NCBI GenBank assembly: GCA_030141605.1 | Contig: JAQGDQ010000892.1 | Location: 1-64,000, forward strand | Length of the DNA stretch: 64,000 nt | Direction: 5' to 3' | Source of the DNA: Tubiluchus corallicola | Lineage: Eukaryota; Animalia; Priapulida | In this document: positions 14,075-28,115 of the stretch, one piece after another | Position numbering within the stretch: the stretch's first letter is position 1 | Layout of the letters: each line of letters opens with the position of its first letter | Position numbers and translations under genes: made by a program | The notes under the pieces: model-generated | The model's input: the letters and a program-made list of their open reading frames with translations, nothing else | What the model was told of the DNA's origin: nothing | Database searches by the model: none

Positions 14075-14740
14075 AGTTTCCAATTCTTCACACAATTCGA
14101 ACACCGTAACCGAATCTTAGTCCAAACCTGATCCTAACCCTAACCCTAACTCTAATCACCGTCCCAACCCCAACCCTAACCCAACGCTAAGCCTAACTTT
14201 AAACCTAGCTTTAACCCTAATTCTAACCCCAACACAACGCAACCGTAACCTAACGCTAACCCTAACCCAACCGTACCTTAACCCTAACCTAATCCTAACC
14301 TTAATCCAACGCTAAGCCTAACCTTAAACTAGCTTTAACCCTAATCCTAACCCCAACACAACGCAACCGTAACCTAACCTAACGCTAACCCTAACCCAAC
14401 CGTACCTTAACCCTAACCTAATCCTAACCTTAATCCAATGCTAAGCCTAACTTTAAACCTATCTTTAACCCCAATCCTAACCCCGACCCGACCCAACCGT
14501 AACCTAACGCTAACCCTAACCCAACTGTAACCTAACCCTAACCTAATCCTAACCTTAATCCAACGCTAAGCCTAACCTTAAACTAGCTTTAACCCTAATC
14601 CTAACCCCGACCCAACCCAACCGTAACCTAACGCTAACCCTAATCTAACCCAACCCCAACCAAACCCAACCCAACCGTAACCTTAACCTAACCCTAATCC
14701 GCTTCACGAACCACTTCTTGCGTGTGGGGAATTGTAAACT
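14075..14740 (-). mobile_element. TIR-bounded element with an internal degenerate (CCCTAA)-like array, copy 2
   Basis: AGTTTCCAATTCTTCACAC ... GTGTGGGGAATTGTAAACT inverted ends around a CCCTAA/CCTAAC array with higher-order subrepeats. Confidence 0.7.
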
Positions 14741-15249
14741 TTATTGGCTCCATCAACAGGATCCTTTATCTCAAATAAGGGGCCACAAAAGAGGGTCACT
14801 TTTTAAAATTAGGTTCTCAGACTTCCGGGCCTCCTTTTTTAAAGGTGAAATTTTATTTTAAGTTAAATGAATTAAATGAAACAAAGCAAATATTAAAATA
14901 TTATACTTGTTTTGCAAAAAACAGATTATATTTGAAAATCTTTTAGTAGGGCCCCTAAGCTTTTGGCTAATGAAGCTGGAGAGGCCCTAGGCGCCAGCCT
15001 GTAGTAGCCTATCGGAAAACCCAGCCCTGATGATGATTTGGGATGGCCAAAAGGGCTTGGATTATTTATCATTTATGAAAACCAATTTAAAAAAAAGAAC
15101 CAAGGAGGTTATGCTAAGTGCGAGCACATGTCTTCAGGCTGTACTGAAGTTAATCGCAAAGCAGCGGCCGACCAGCAAGTGGCACCCGGCATTTGTTAGT
15201 ATATGTAGTTTATACTAGAGAAATTATAGGTGTGTAATATACAGGTCAG

Positions 15250-16275
15250 TAAGAACAGGTTAGCAATAAATAAAAAGTTTGGAAAAATAGGGTTTTGGGA
15301 AGTAGGTAAGAACAGGATAGCGATAAAGAAAAAGTTTGAAAAAAGAGGGTCTTAGAAAGTAGGTAAGAACAGGATAGCGATAAATAAAAAGTTTGAAAAA
15401 ACAGGGTCTTAGGAAGTAGGTAAGAATAGGTTAGCGATAAATAAAAAGTTTGGAAAAAGAGGGTCTTAGGAAGTAGGTAAGAATAGGTTAGCGATAAATA
15501 AAAAGTTTGAAAAAAGCGGGTCTTAGGAAGTAGGTAAGAATAGGTTAGCGATAAATAAAAGTTTGGAAAAAGAGGGTCTTGGGAAATAGGTAAGAATAGG
15601 ATAGCAATAAATAAAAAGTTTTGAAAAAGAGGGTCTTGGGAAGTAGGTAAGAATAGGATAGCGATAAATAAAAAGTTTGGAAAAAGAGGGTCGTGGGAAA
15701 TAGGTAAGAATAGGATAGCGATAAATAAAAAGTTTGAAAAAAGAGGGTCGTGGGAAATAGGTAAGAATAGGATAGGGATAAATAAAAAGTTTGGAAAAAG
15801 AGGGTCTTGGGAAGTAGGTAAGAATAGGTTAGCAATAAATAAAAAGTTTGAAAAAAGCGGGTCTTAGGAAGTAGGTAAGAATAGGTTAGCGATAAATAAA
15901 AAGTTTGGAAAAAGAGGGTCGTGGGAAATAGGTAAGAATAGGATAGCGATAAATAAAAAGTTTTGAAAAAGAGGGTCTTGGGAAGTAGGTAAGAATAGGA
16001 TAGCGATAAATAAAAAGTTTGGAAAAAGAGGGTCGTGGGAAATAGGTAAGAATAGGATAGGGATAAATAAAAAGTTTTGAAAAAGAGGGTCTTGGGAAGT
16101 AGGTAAGAATAGGATAGCGATAAATAAAAAGTTTGGAAAAAGAGGGTCGTGGGAAATAGGTAAGAATAGGATAGGGATAAATAAAAAGTTTGGAAAAAGA
16201 GGGTCTTAGGAAGTAGGTAAGAACAGGTTAGCAATAAATAAAAAGTTTGAAAAAAGCGGGTCTTGGGAAATAGGT
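15250..16275. repeat. 57-bp purine-rich tandem minisatellite, about 18 units
   Basis: TAAGAATAGG recurs every 57 bp (e.g. 15421, 15478). This explains the 19-aa periodic pseudo-ORF. Confidence 0.95.
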
Positions 16276-16692
16276 TTATACATTATAGTTTATAGTTATT
16301 TGGGAGGTAATTGCTTTAGTGGTCATTGGTAGGTTACTATTTTTACAAAGATTACCCATGTTGATGTTCGGTGCAATGCTTTTAAATAGATTTTTGTTTT
16401 TCAAGGTTGACATTGTCATCACTGAAGTTTTTCAGCTTTTTTTCAATTTCATTTATGCAGGAGTGTATTTATAATCATAACAACATGTAAGAAATCACTT
16501 ATGACAAAACTACGGTGGTGCCACAGCACTTTCAATGCCCGCAAGATTGCAATTATTTTCAGGTTCTAATGCAAGGAATAAGAAATGTTGTTTTAAGAAG
16601 AAATGAGTGCAAGGCTACCAGTTTCTTTTTTGTGCCGCCATTTAGTTAATTAAAAAATGAAATTAACTCACCATGAAGAGTTAAATTGTTAA

Positions 16693-17239
16693 AGAAAGAC
16701 CGGACGATTGTTTAGACACAATCTCATTTTAATTTACTGTCCAAAATATACATTTTCTTGTCTATAAAAGTTAACAATTGTTCCTAGTATTTGAATAATC
16801 AGCTTAGAAAGTTAATTAATGGCAACCAAACACAGCTATTGCTTACGTCAGAAACTAACCACAGTTTGTGCAATGGCAGGCATCTTCCCTTGCACGTCAA
16901 GCGTGTTTGTGTAAGTGTTACAGTACTGTTTAAACGCATGATGTCACAAAAATGGGCTTTACCTCGTATGACGTCAGAAACTAACACCGCAGTTCATGAT
17001 CATGGTTATGATGGTACCGCCTTCTATTTCTCTGCTACGCGAATGTGACAAAAAGACGCTGCTACCAATCTTAGTAGATTCACTGAGCCGCGCGTAGCTT
17101 TGAAAGTTTAACGAAATTTGAGTATCGGAGGTAATTATTATTTAACCTAAGATTTGATTTAAAAAAGCTGTTGTAGTTTTCAATATTTTAGAGCATTCTT
17201 TATTCTGAACTAACGTTGACACAACCATCCGGTTTTCCT
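16693..17239 (+). mobile_element. Kolobok-like MITE family B
   Basis: TTAA|AGAAAGACCGGACGATTGT ... ACAACCATCCGGTTTTCCT|TTAA. A reverse-complement homolog lies at 62133-62616. Confidence 0.8.
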
Positions 17240-17424
17240 TTAAGCTAAAATTTTCACATAGTTTGTTTGGGGAGCAAAAATGAATGTCAGAGAGGTCAAA
17301 TTCCAGAAAGAATGAAGAACCACATGCCTTTGTGTGAATGTTACATTCCGTCTTCCAACGTTACTATTATTCATTATTCATTGTACTTGACAAATATTTA
17401 TACCCATACGATGTTCAAATAAGT

Positions 17425-17570
17425 GTTTGTGGCGTGCTGGCTAGAAATGAAACATTTAAATTAACTGTTTGTGGCGTGCTGACTAGAATTGGCACATCTA
17501 AGCTAACTGTTTGTGGCGCGCTAGCAAGAAGAGCAACATTTTAATCAACTGTTTGTAGTGTGTTAGCTGT
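17425..17570. repeat. ~42-bp imperfect tandem repeat, 3-4 units
   Basis: TGTTTGTGGCGTGCT recurs at about 42-bp spacing. Confidence 0.75.
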
Positions 17571-19196
17571 GTGTAGTATAACAATACTCAACGATTTTTC
17601 AATAATCAAACAATAACCAAGTTTTTAATTTTTTGCACAGGTGTTTATTGTTTATATTTCATTTACTGCTCTTAATTAATATTTAATATTTAAATACTAA
17701 CCAATTTTTAAATATAAGAGCCGAAATTTAATTGTACTAGAATTTAACATATAACTTGCGATGCCTCGTTCACCAAGAAGAAAATAATAAAATAATTTTG
17801 GCACTTAACTTGAAAATTAATACTAAATTTTATAGTTGAAATACAGCATAATATCCCTCTTCATTATTTAGAAAAAAGGCGGGAAGAGTATGACAGTTTG
17901 AACTGCCTAGTTAGAGTTTTAAGTTGGTCAACCATCTAGTTACTGAGATAATTCAACGTTGTTTAACTTCGGTTACTATGAAACACACATTATGAAACTG
18001 CCTAGTCAGGAGTGTAACAGAACAACAGTGGATTGAAAATATAAAACACCTTTGTTGCCAAATTATTTGCCTTTGTGAGACATCGTGTAATCCTACTAAA
18101 CAGTCACCCTCTACTGACGGCACAATTATTGCACGCATAATACAAACTGCAGTATTTCTTAGAAATATTTTAACGCCGGAAGTTGTTATGCTAATGGTCG
18201 GTGTAGTTGCCATGGTAACCGCAGCTACTGTTAGTTTCTGTAACTTTCTTGTGTCTAAATGCAAGTACATTGTCAGACACTTATCTTGTATAATTTACGT
18301 GGGCTTTTTGGCGGTGAATGGGTATCCTTCAGTTACACGGAAAATCATCATTGGTTTAGCTAGGTGAAGAAATGGCGATCACGGCGTGTGCTTAGGAACT
18401 TAGGTGAATCAACACTGGACCTAGCTAGTTACTGAATGGTTGATTAAGGCTGTTTCTGGGTTGTTGTTGGCAATTTTTCTCATTGGAAGAAGAAATTTTA
18501 CACATCCAAACATAATCAAGAAGCGTTTGTTGGTTTAGTGCCTCATTAAGACAATTCTGCTTGTTGTTCTTTGGTCCCGGTACTGCCACAGTTATAAACA
18601 TGATAAGTAGTTCCAGCTGTTGAGCACTGGATAACAGTTTGAACAAAAACGATGGCATGCCTTATTGTTCGTTTATATACTTTATCTGAAATGATGCTCA
18701 CAGACGTTTTTAATACAACGAATGCTCACTCAAGACCAATCCAATTTATTTCCCATTGAACACATAAAACATGGACGCAATATGAGCAAAAAACTCTAAT
18801 AACTTCCTGCACTAAGCCCAGAGTTTTTGTGGCAAATTTGTAAAAGCGGAGAATTTCTATAATATGCCGTTACACAATTTGGTTGAAAGATGTTTCCACG
18901 CGACAAAGAAAGTGAGTTTTTTGCAAAAATCTTGACGTTGATAGACTTCTGGCGAAGACAATTTTCTCTATCGAGTTGTTGATCAAGCATTTTGTTGTCG
19001 TTTTGACGACAGAGTAAAAGAATTTCCGAAGAAATGGACGATGAACTTGTCCACCGAGCTGTGATATCAACAGGACTAGATGTCCTATAAGCTTTGGGCA
19101 CGCAGGGGGATACATCGAATTTCTTAAAAAAGATGAGAAAAAGAAAATGAAAGTAATGAAGAAAGGAAGACACTGGGAAAAAGAATTAAAAACAGA

Positions 19197-19266
19197 GCAG
19201 CAGCAGTAGTAATTAAAATCTGCAGTAGCAGTAGTAATTAGAATCTGTAGCAATAGTAGTAGTAGT

Positions 19267-19301
<35 letters not shown>

Positions 19302-19388
19302 CATCAGCAGCAACAGTAGCAGCAGCAGTAGTAATTAAAATCTGCAGTAGCAGTAGTAATTAGAATCTGTAGCAATAGTAGCAGTAGT

Positions 19389-19431
<43 letters not shown>

Positions 19432-19545
19432 ATTAGAATGTGCAGCAACAGTAGTACTAGTAGCAGCAGTAGCAGTAGCAGTAGCAGCAGCAGCAGCAGT
19501 AGCAGTAGCAGTAGTAATTAGAATGTGCAGCAACAGTACTAGCAC
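19197..19545. repeat. (GCA)/(GTA) compound trinucleotide repeat with higher-order units
   Basis: Directly visible, with a recurring GTAATTAGAATCTG spacer. Confidence 0.9.
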
Positions 19546-20415
19546 CAACGTTGATATTCTTTAGTTGTGAATCCAGCTCTGTAGATTTATGACGTTGGCT
19601 TCATTTCATAAGCAAATCACATTATCACAGGCTGGCAAGATTTAAGAAACTGACTAAACGATAAATATTTACTTCAATAAGTTGAGCAGAAATATTAATC
19701 ATATAATCCTGCTTGATATTAAAAAAATGACGAAATGAACGGACGGAGAGACAGACAAACGGCCACTAAGACAGACTAGCATAGAGACAAGCAGCCAGGC
19801 AAAAAGGCAGACAATAAAAAGAGAAGCATGCAAACGCGTGGGCAAGTAAACAAATCTAGAAGATGTAGATGAAAATAGTACTTGTTTGAATCTATTCATG
19901 AATACGTACATTTATCTATGGCCTGAAGTCATAGAGCTAAGTCTAGCCAGTTGAGTGACCGGCTCGTGAAAATTGAATTGAAGTAAATTGAGACTGAAAC
20001 AAATTACGTCACACGTAATATAGCTGCGTATTTTGTAACGTGCAATAAGCTAGTAACATTATCGAACTAGACTCTGGTGGCCTACGGCAATATGGGTAAT
20101 CTTCAAAACAATTCATCAGATACGCGAAAACAACGAAAATGGAATGAAAGAGAAATTTTGAGGTCTATTCTTTCAATCCAGCCAAGTTTCTTTATGTGAC
20201 ATTTAAGCACAAAGAACTTTACAGACGAGAAAGGAGAAAACATACTTTGCTCCACCTAGCGGGAAACAATTCACGTTGCTTAATATAATTAATTACAACA
20301 ATTTTTAAGGTATTCGGTATTCAGTACGAATGAGTTATAAGCGTAGTGAATGCAGTAACTTCGGACTGCTTATTTGACGCAGGAAAAAATGTGGCTCTCT
20401 CTGGCCGGATAATGA

Positions 20416-20744
20416 CCTTTTGAGGCTCCCAGGCTAATGAAATTATGTACTCCCCTCAGATGGAACCGCCCCTCAACTAACCCACACCTGTCCTGAATAT
20501 AATTATTTTACTTACGATATACTATCACCTTTTGAGGCTCCCAGGCTAATGAAATTATGTATTCCCTCAGATGGAACCGCCCCTCAACTCACCCACACCT
20601 GTCCTGAATATAATTATTTTACTTACGATATATTATCACCTTTTGAGGCTCCCAGGCTAATGAAATTATGTACTCCCCTCAGATGGAACCGCCCCTCAAC
20701 TCACCCACACCTGTCCTGAATATAATTATTTTACTTACGATATA
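20416..20744. repeat. ~112-bp tandem repeat, 3 copies
   Basis: CCTTTTGAGGCTCCCAGGCTAATGAAATTATG at about 20416, 20528 and 20639. Confidence 0.92.
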
Positions 20745-21023
20745 TTTTAGGGATATTAGCACAGGTTTGTCAATAAAAATATTCTTTAAGAAAAAGCACT
20801 ATTTTACTATTTATTGCAAATCAAATTAGCACGTATTTCAACACAGTGAAAATCTGAATTGTTGCCTAATTGCCCCCCCCCCCAAGCTGCAGCCTATACT
20901 AGCATATAAGATAATCCCTGATGTCAGTGAATCGTAGCTAAACCAAGATCACCACAGAACATCTTCAGTTTCAGATAAAAGCTCCATCCACAACAAATGT
21001 AGAAACGCCGACAGGGTCATTAG

Positions 21024-21511
21024 CAGGGTGCATAAGATTATGGATATGTATAAAATAAATAAAATAGCTTATTTTATGGATTTTTGAAATTTTATTTTAT
21101 GGATATCAATAAAATAAGAAATAGACTATATCTGGAACGAGATGCCCAGGGGGAAATCAATTAAAAAGTAAAAACAGGAGGCTTGAAACATGTTTTTAAA
21201 CACGCAGGACTTAGTTTTAATTTTATCGGTTTCACATCGCTTCAAATTTAATCAAATTTTACGAGACAATGCCTTGTAATTCATCACTTCAGTTCAAATA
21301 ATTCATCTATTTGGTACGAATGTAGAATGCCCTCTAGGCTGAAGTTTCTGACCCAATGCCTGTATTCAGTTTTGATTGCCTTATTTTGTACAAAAAAATC
21401 TCAAGAAAATGTTTTTTTATTTTATGCATTTCTTATTTTATGGATTTTTCAAATTTTATTCTATGGATTTTTAGTCTTATTTTATGAATATCCATAATCT
21501 TATGCAGCCTG
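21024..21511. mobile_element. hAT-like MITE
   Basis: TIR CAGGGTGCATAAGATTATGGATAT / ATATCCATAATCTTATGCAGCCTG. 8-bp TSD GTCATTAG / GTTATTAG (1 mismatch). Confidence 0.85.
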
Positions 21512-21834
21512 GTTATTAGTGAAGCCAATGAACGGAGAAGTGAAAGCAAAAGGAGACCTGAATTGATGTATGCAAAACACTTTGATGCTTGTAGAGGTCT
21601 TTAATTATCTACGAGTTGCAGCAAGTTTACTAATTTATTGACACAGTTCTGACGCGCTGGACGAAATTAATATTCATTCTCATTCAAGTAACGTCATTGA
21701 CCATGAACCACGTTATTAACCACATCAGGTTTTCCTTTACTCTCCTAATTAACTGTTACACACTCACCATGATCTAAATTTACGTTTAAATAACTGTTAA
21801 CTCTTTCATTACAGCAATGATTAAATTACCTTAA

Positions 21835-22414
21835 AGCAAAACCAGATCCAATCTTAAACTGTAGGGCAAAACAATCTACATTTCAAATTATTGAAAAGAA
21901 ATATGCTATTTTTTCAAAAATGACCTACGTGAAAGAATTATTACCACACAAACACAATTTCACGTTCACGCTACTAGTTCTTCGCTGTTATATGCAATTT
22001 GCCATTCTCTAGTTAGACGGGCACTAGCGCCTGCATTTCGGAAATGCGTTCCACAAAAAAAAACAGGTGCTGTACCTCTCAGTTCTGATGTGTTGGTTTG
22101 TCAGCTTCGTTCGGCAGCTCAGGAGTGAGAACAGCTATAAATTTCTAAATTTTAATTTTAATTTGAAAACTTGCGTTGTTTTAGTACAACACATTGAATA
22201 CCTAACAGTAGTTCTACAGACATGTCGCGGAATATTTTTGCTGTTGAAAATTATGTTAGTTTGTGATGTCATCAATCGTTGGACTCGTCCACCGTTAATT
22301 AAGTTTTTAATCTATCACTTAATTATCAGAAACGCTTTTCCAGTATTAATTGTGCTAAAACTTTTTATCGGACTTGAAAATGGGGTAGGACATGAAAATT
22401 CACCCTATTTTTCT
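21835..22414 (+). mobile_element. Kolobok-like MITE family A, full copy with small deletions
   Basis: TTAA at 21831-34 and 22415-18. Homologous to 909-1538. Confidence 0.78.
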
Positions 22415-25400
22415 TTAACTAGGTGTTAACTCTTTCACTACAGCAGTGTTGACATTGACTTAAACTAAAACAGAAATGCTTCCTTCACACACGCTAGCAA
22501 CTCGTCAAATAATTCCAAAGTTTTTCATTACAGTTGATTTGTTAGTTAAATTAAAAGGGGCTTATGAGTGAACCCTGGAGAACACCATCAACACTTAACG
22601 TGTTGAAACAGGCTGTGTGGAGTGTCTGCGTCAGTCACTTTAGAAAATCTTGCCAAAGGCTCTTACTGCATATTAAATTTAGCTGCCATAGTCAGTAATA
22701 AAATTCATCTTTCTTGATGAAATTGTCATACCCGAGTGAGTCGTAAACTGCACAAAATAAGCGGATGTTTAAAGTCAATTTTCGCACAAATGACGGCGTT
22801 TTCTTTAAGAGGGTCTGCATAAGTATGTAGCTGAATTGAAATAGTTTACAGGTTTACGCAACTAAGATTATTTTAATAGTGTGATTGCAAACCAAAACCG
22901 TCTATAAGTCGGCACAGCTAAAACCACGTTATGATGCATCAAAGTAGAATGTACCAAAAATTTGGTCAAATGTTGATTTTTTATTTTTTATGAAAACAAA
23001 TGCTAAATATATTCTAGCATATGATATTCATATTCTAGCATCGAATTATCAGGAAAATGTTCAAAACGTACTAAAAATCTTATATTTTACATAATAATAT
23101 AAATATTATATCTTATATCTTATATACTAAAAAATTTTATAACTCCTCACCCACTTTTCCGTCTTGAAATTAGTACAGCAATTCAAAAAAATATATATTT
23201 TCAAACTCCGATTGTAGCTCGTGGAAGTAGCGATTTTGCTTCGGGTTTTTTCTGCTGACAAGACCAGATTTTGGCCAGGAGGAGGAGGAGGAGGAGGATC
23301 TACTGGATTTAAACGTAACTCCAATTTGCTCTTGTAAAGTCCATAGCAACCACTCTTTCGTACGGTTGCTAAGTGTTTTGTAGAGACGAGACAAAAAACA
23401 ATGGCTAACTTTAACAGAGATTTCCTCAAGATTATGTTTTTCTGTGTGGAGTCTGCACCTCAACTTCAACGTGGATTATCTCAGCTAAGAAATAACATAG
23501 AATGATGAACTTGGTATCAAGATGATCCTCATGAAATGGAGATTCAGGATATGTGAATAAGTAGACAAGCTTAATTGCCGGTTTATGGACGATTTTAATA
23601 TGCAAGCCACAATTAAAATTAGGTTTACATGAAATTATTTGTCTTCTTTACTACTATGAGATAAATGTGCTTATTTAATGAATCGTTACATTACAGGCAA
23701 ACAAGACAGCTTTAAACAACAGCGAAAGAGACGTTTACAACTATTAAAAATAGCTATCACAAGAATGTTACATGAAGTAGTATTAATAACTCTGTGCGCA
23801 ACTGTATCTAGATTTTATTCAGTCACGGTTTATTTGGACACGATTTGTTTAGATTTTATGATACGTGTGGACGTCTGTAGGGTGAGGAGAACTTATTAAT
23901 GTGTGGGCGACTTTTTAACGAATTGACTTGAATCCAAATATTATTAAATGCCACTGAACCGATAAAATCGATGATTGCCGATCTCAACTGAACCGATTTA
24001 ACATCATTAAAACTAACAACTCGGTACCGAATATCGAATGCTGATACTAATTCGTTATTATCAACAGACAACATTTATTATCTTTTTGTGTATTTTCTAA
24101 CTGTTAGCGTGATTTTGTTTATTTATTTATTTAATAAAATGTTCATACATATAATGAAATTTATCTTGCTAAAGGATCACAAGATGTATGCTAATAAAGA
24201 GGACCGGTTAAAATGGATGCAGGAGCTACACAGAGTGAAATAACTGCATTCTTATGCCTGGAAATGTACAAATGTTTGAAAAGTCGATATTCATTAATCT
24301 TTGACTGAATAATTCACAGGAGGCTTCATTTATCAGTGGTCATTTACATGGCTTCACTTAACTGAGAACTCTCGGAGACTTCAAACTCTTCCTATTAACC
24401 AAAGATATAAAATAGATACAGTAGGACCTACCGCTAATTGTTTTGACTAATTCCTACCTCAAACTGACTACCTCTAATTATACTGACATTGCCAACATTG
24501 CCATGCGACTGTAAGTAGTGCAACTACACACTTGCATTGTTTTTTTACTCGCCCCTAGATGGCAGGCAAAAAATTTCTCAGTCACCATAGCAACGCCAAC
24601 TTTAGCAACGCCCATTCCGGCAGTGTGATGTTAGAGGCTACAGCAGGACAATGGACATATCAGCTGCGTGTCACAAACACCATACCAGCCTATTGTTCCA
24701 GCTAAGCAGTGGCTTGCTGCTGTGTGAAATTTTACATAATTTTTTTACAAATATAATTAGTTTATGTCCTCCATTTGCATAAATAACATATTCCAGCTGG
24801 ATATTTCATTAGCTATTTGAAGATGCTTTTGTTTAAGTAGGCAATTATTTTAACTACTACAGGAAAATCTCCCGGCACATAACGAAAAACGTTTCATTTG
24901 TTGAACAAAACAGCATAAAACACTTAATAAATTTACTGAAAATGCAAAGAACCCAAAAATGATCTTGACACAAAAATGCGATCATTAAAAAGCTTAAGAA
25001 CGCCTCTTAATAGATCCATTGGCTGTTTTTACCAGCAAATACTCAATTGTAACAAAATTAATGCATATTGTGTGGAAAGTGAAATTTCTCAATGGTCAGC
25101 AAGTTAATCAGACACAACAATGAAACTTGAAATTGCACTATTTGCCGTCACATGGCACTTCAGATTAGTTTGAGGTAAAGGTAGAGGTGGACAAACCAAA
25201 CCGATTCGTAATGCATCTGTTACCGAATTATCGGTTTTCATAAAAATCGGCACGTAATTTTGATAAGAGACCGGCAGTTTTAGCTCTCTGATTCGACTGC
25301 AAAAGCACTTGTGAAGAAAGACGAAGTCCTCTTTGACATTAGCAACTGCTGTTTGACTTGTTTCTAAATAAATCAGAAGTTTTTTCTCTCGATTAGCTGA

Positions 25401-26278
25401 ACTGAAAGTTCGCCTTTGTTTTCCTAATTAGTAAACGCCATCAGTTGTTAGAAAATTACGAGACCAATTGCTCCTAATTATCCAAAGTATTCAGCAAAAG
25501 CGCTGCGCTTGAAAATCAATTAGCTAATGACGAGAGGACTTTAACACGATTTGAGCTGCACGTTGAAGGTGGAATAACTTAATCTCAGCTGAAGCAAATG
25601 AGGAGTGTTTTGCAAATACTGTAAAATCCATGAAGAAAATTCAGCATCTTAGTAAGTAAGTACAACATCTTAATTTGCCATAACATACACTCATAACTCG
25701 GTTTACCGGAGAAAAGTGGGGAGACCTCGGTCCGAATTTGCCAACTGTCGGTATTTTCCGATACTAAGCTAATACAGTAGACTCACGGCAATGTAGAATC
25801 AATCACCAAATTGTCTCAAAAACGTCTTGTACCTGCCGCTTCTTGCAAAAGTATATAAAAGTGTCAGTGCAATAGTATATTTATCTGTATATATATATCT
25901 GTACATATTGTAATTTTTTTCGTAACTAGTTCTAGTGGCCTACCATAAGCTAGCTTCTTAGGTCTCTAGCGCAGAATTCATGAATTGTATCATAATTTTG
26001 TATTAACAAAAACTGATTATCGATGCACATGTAATGTATATGTATATGTTTATTGCGAAATATAAAAACTGTCGGCAATTGACTCAACTAACTCCGCATA
26101 ATTGACTCTATATTTTTATACGTAGAGATACACGTGGTTACACTTACGTACGTGATGTAAACAAAGTGACGGCCTGCCAACTAGCGGTCAGCTCGCGAAA
26201 CAACGGACTGTGTCCGTAATATGTGGGAATTTTAACAGTCAAGATTCTGTCCGAATTTTCCGATATCCTTAAAAGAGA

Positions 26279-26653
26279 GGTCGGGCAAACTGAGATATGG
26301 GAACATTGAGAGTCATAACAAAATATCAGTGAAAGTTTTGTGATACTTGAAATAGCAAAAAACGTACAGTGTAGGAGGTAAATGCATCAGTGCATAATCA
26401 AAACTACTTGTGCACAAAATAAAACATAACTTAAAGCTTAAATTTTTAGTACAAGTTTTGGTACAACATGGACTATCTTACAGTAGCGCTGTACTTGAAT
26501 TTTTGCTTTGCAAACACGAGCAACACGCTCATGGAATGTTTTTCCTTTTGAAAATTATTGGCAATGAGTTTACTGTATTATTGGTGGTAAAATGTATAGT
26601 TTTTACATTACTTGGAAATGGGGGTAGGATATGAAAAATCATCCTGTCTTCCT
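26279..26653 (+). mobile_element. Kolobok-like family A variant (family A 3' half, different internal part)
   Basis: Ends TCCTGTCTTCCT|TTAA. Reverse-complement homolog at 32987-33419. Confidence 0.7.
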
Positions 26654-26657
26654 TTAA

Positions 26658-27325
26658 AGGACAAGAAAAGGGGCACCTAACGTAGTTTTCAGGTTTAAAA
26701 ATTATATTACTTTACAGCAATTTTATGCGTATATCGTACTTGCGTTGAAAGGATTTTTGGTTTGTTTTCATTTTAAATCTCCCGCAATACTATTCCGATA
26801 GCGCCATTACATGACGTCATATAGGCACAACGTAAATCAGGGGAAGAAAAGGAAATGTTAAATTATGTCCCAAAAAAAACCTTCCATGCAAATCTATAGC
26901 ATTTCATTTACCTACCGGAAAGAATCATGTAACTAGAAAACAAAATTATTAATTATTTAAAATGTTTTCACCAATTGGTAAAATGTCGCTGATTCACATT
27001 CCAGGGTGCACCACTCACTAACCAAATACCTATTTTTAATCTTATTGACAAGATACAGTAACTTTAAATTTACCTAGTTAGCGACGTGTGCGCTACGAAT
27101 GCTCTCAATATTTTTTCAAAACTTACATTAATGTTATCTAAACTTGTTTCAAATGGCTTAACGACAAAATGGCTGCGTCGAACGGTCATCGCGGGAGTTT
27201 AAATTTAATGTTTATACAGCGTTACTGCCAACACAAGCCCTGTATGCAAAAAGGCATGATGTAAGTGATATAAAATTTCAAAACGAATTTTTAAGCATTA
27301 AGAAAGTGGAGGGTTTTCTTGTGCT
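26658..27325 (+). mobile_element. Kolobok-like MITE family C, full copy
   Basis: TTAA|AGGACAAGAAAA ... TTTTCTTGTGCT|TTGA. Homologous to 7720-8160. Confidence 0.72.
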
Positions 27326-27584
27326 TTGAGTCTAAAACAGCCTCATTACTTGCAGTTCTTTGCTAATGGTGACTTCTAGTAGAGTCTCAGCGCTGAGATC
27401 CTGCGTAAGTTATTGTTGTATTGCGTGTTTGTAGATGTCTATTGACTAGTGATCATGTAAATGAATCTTCGCTGATTCATGTTTAACTCAAGGTTGTTGT
27501 GTCGAAGCTGTTGAAGTGTCCTGTTTCGGTTTGTAGGTAGAAGTGTGTGTGGGTAGAATAGTCGTAGTCGGCAACGGTGCTTAG

Positions 27585-28115
<531 letters not shown>

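Noticed and set aside
15545-16234. 229-aa ORF with 19-aa periodicity
   Set aside because: A consequence of a 57-bp minisatellite, with no unique flanking coding sequence.
18400-19130. Higher-complexity stretch that looks like decayed coding sequence
   Set aside because: The frames I read contain stops and no recognisable motif. A blastx search would be needed.
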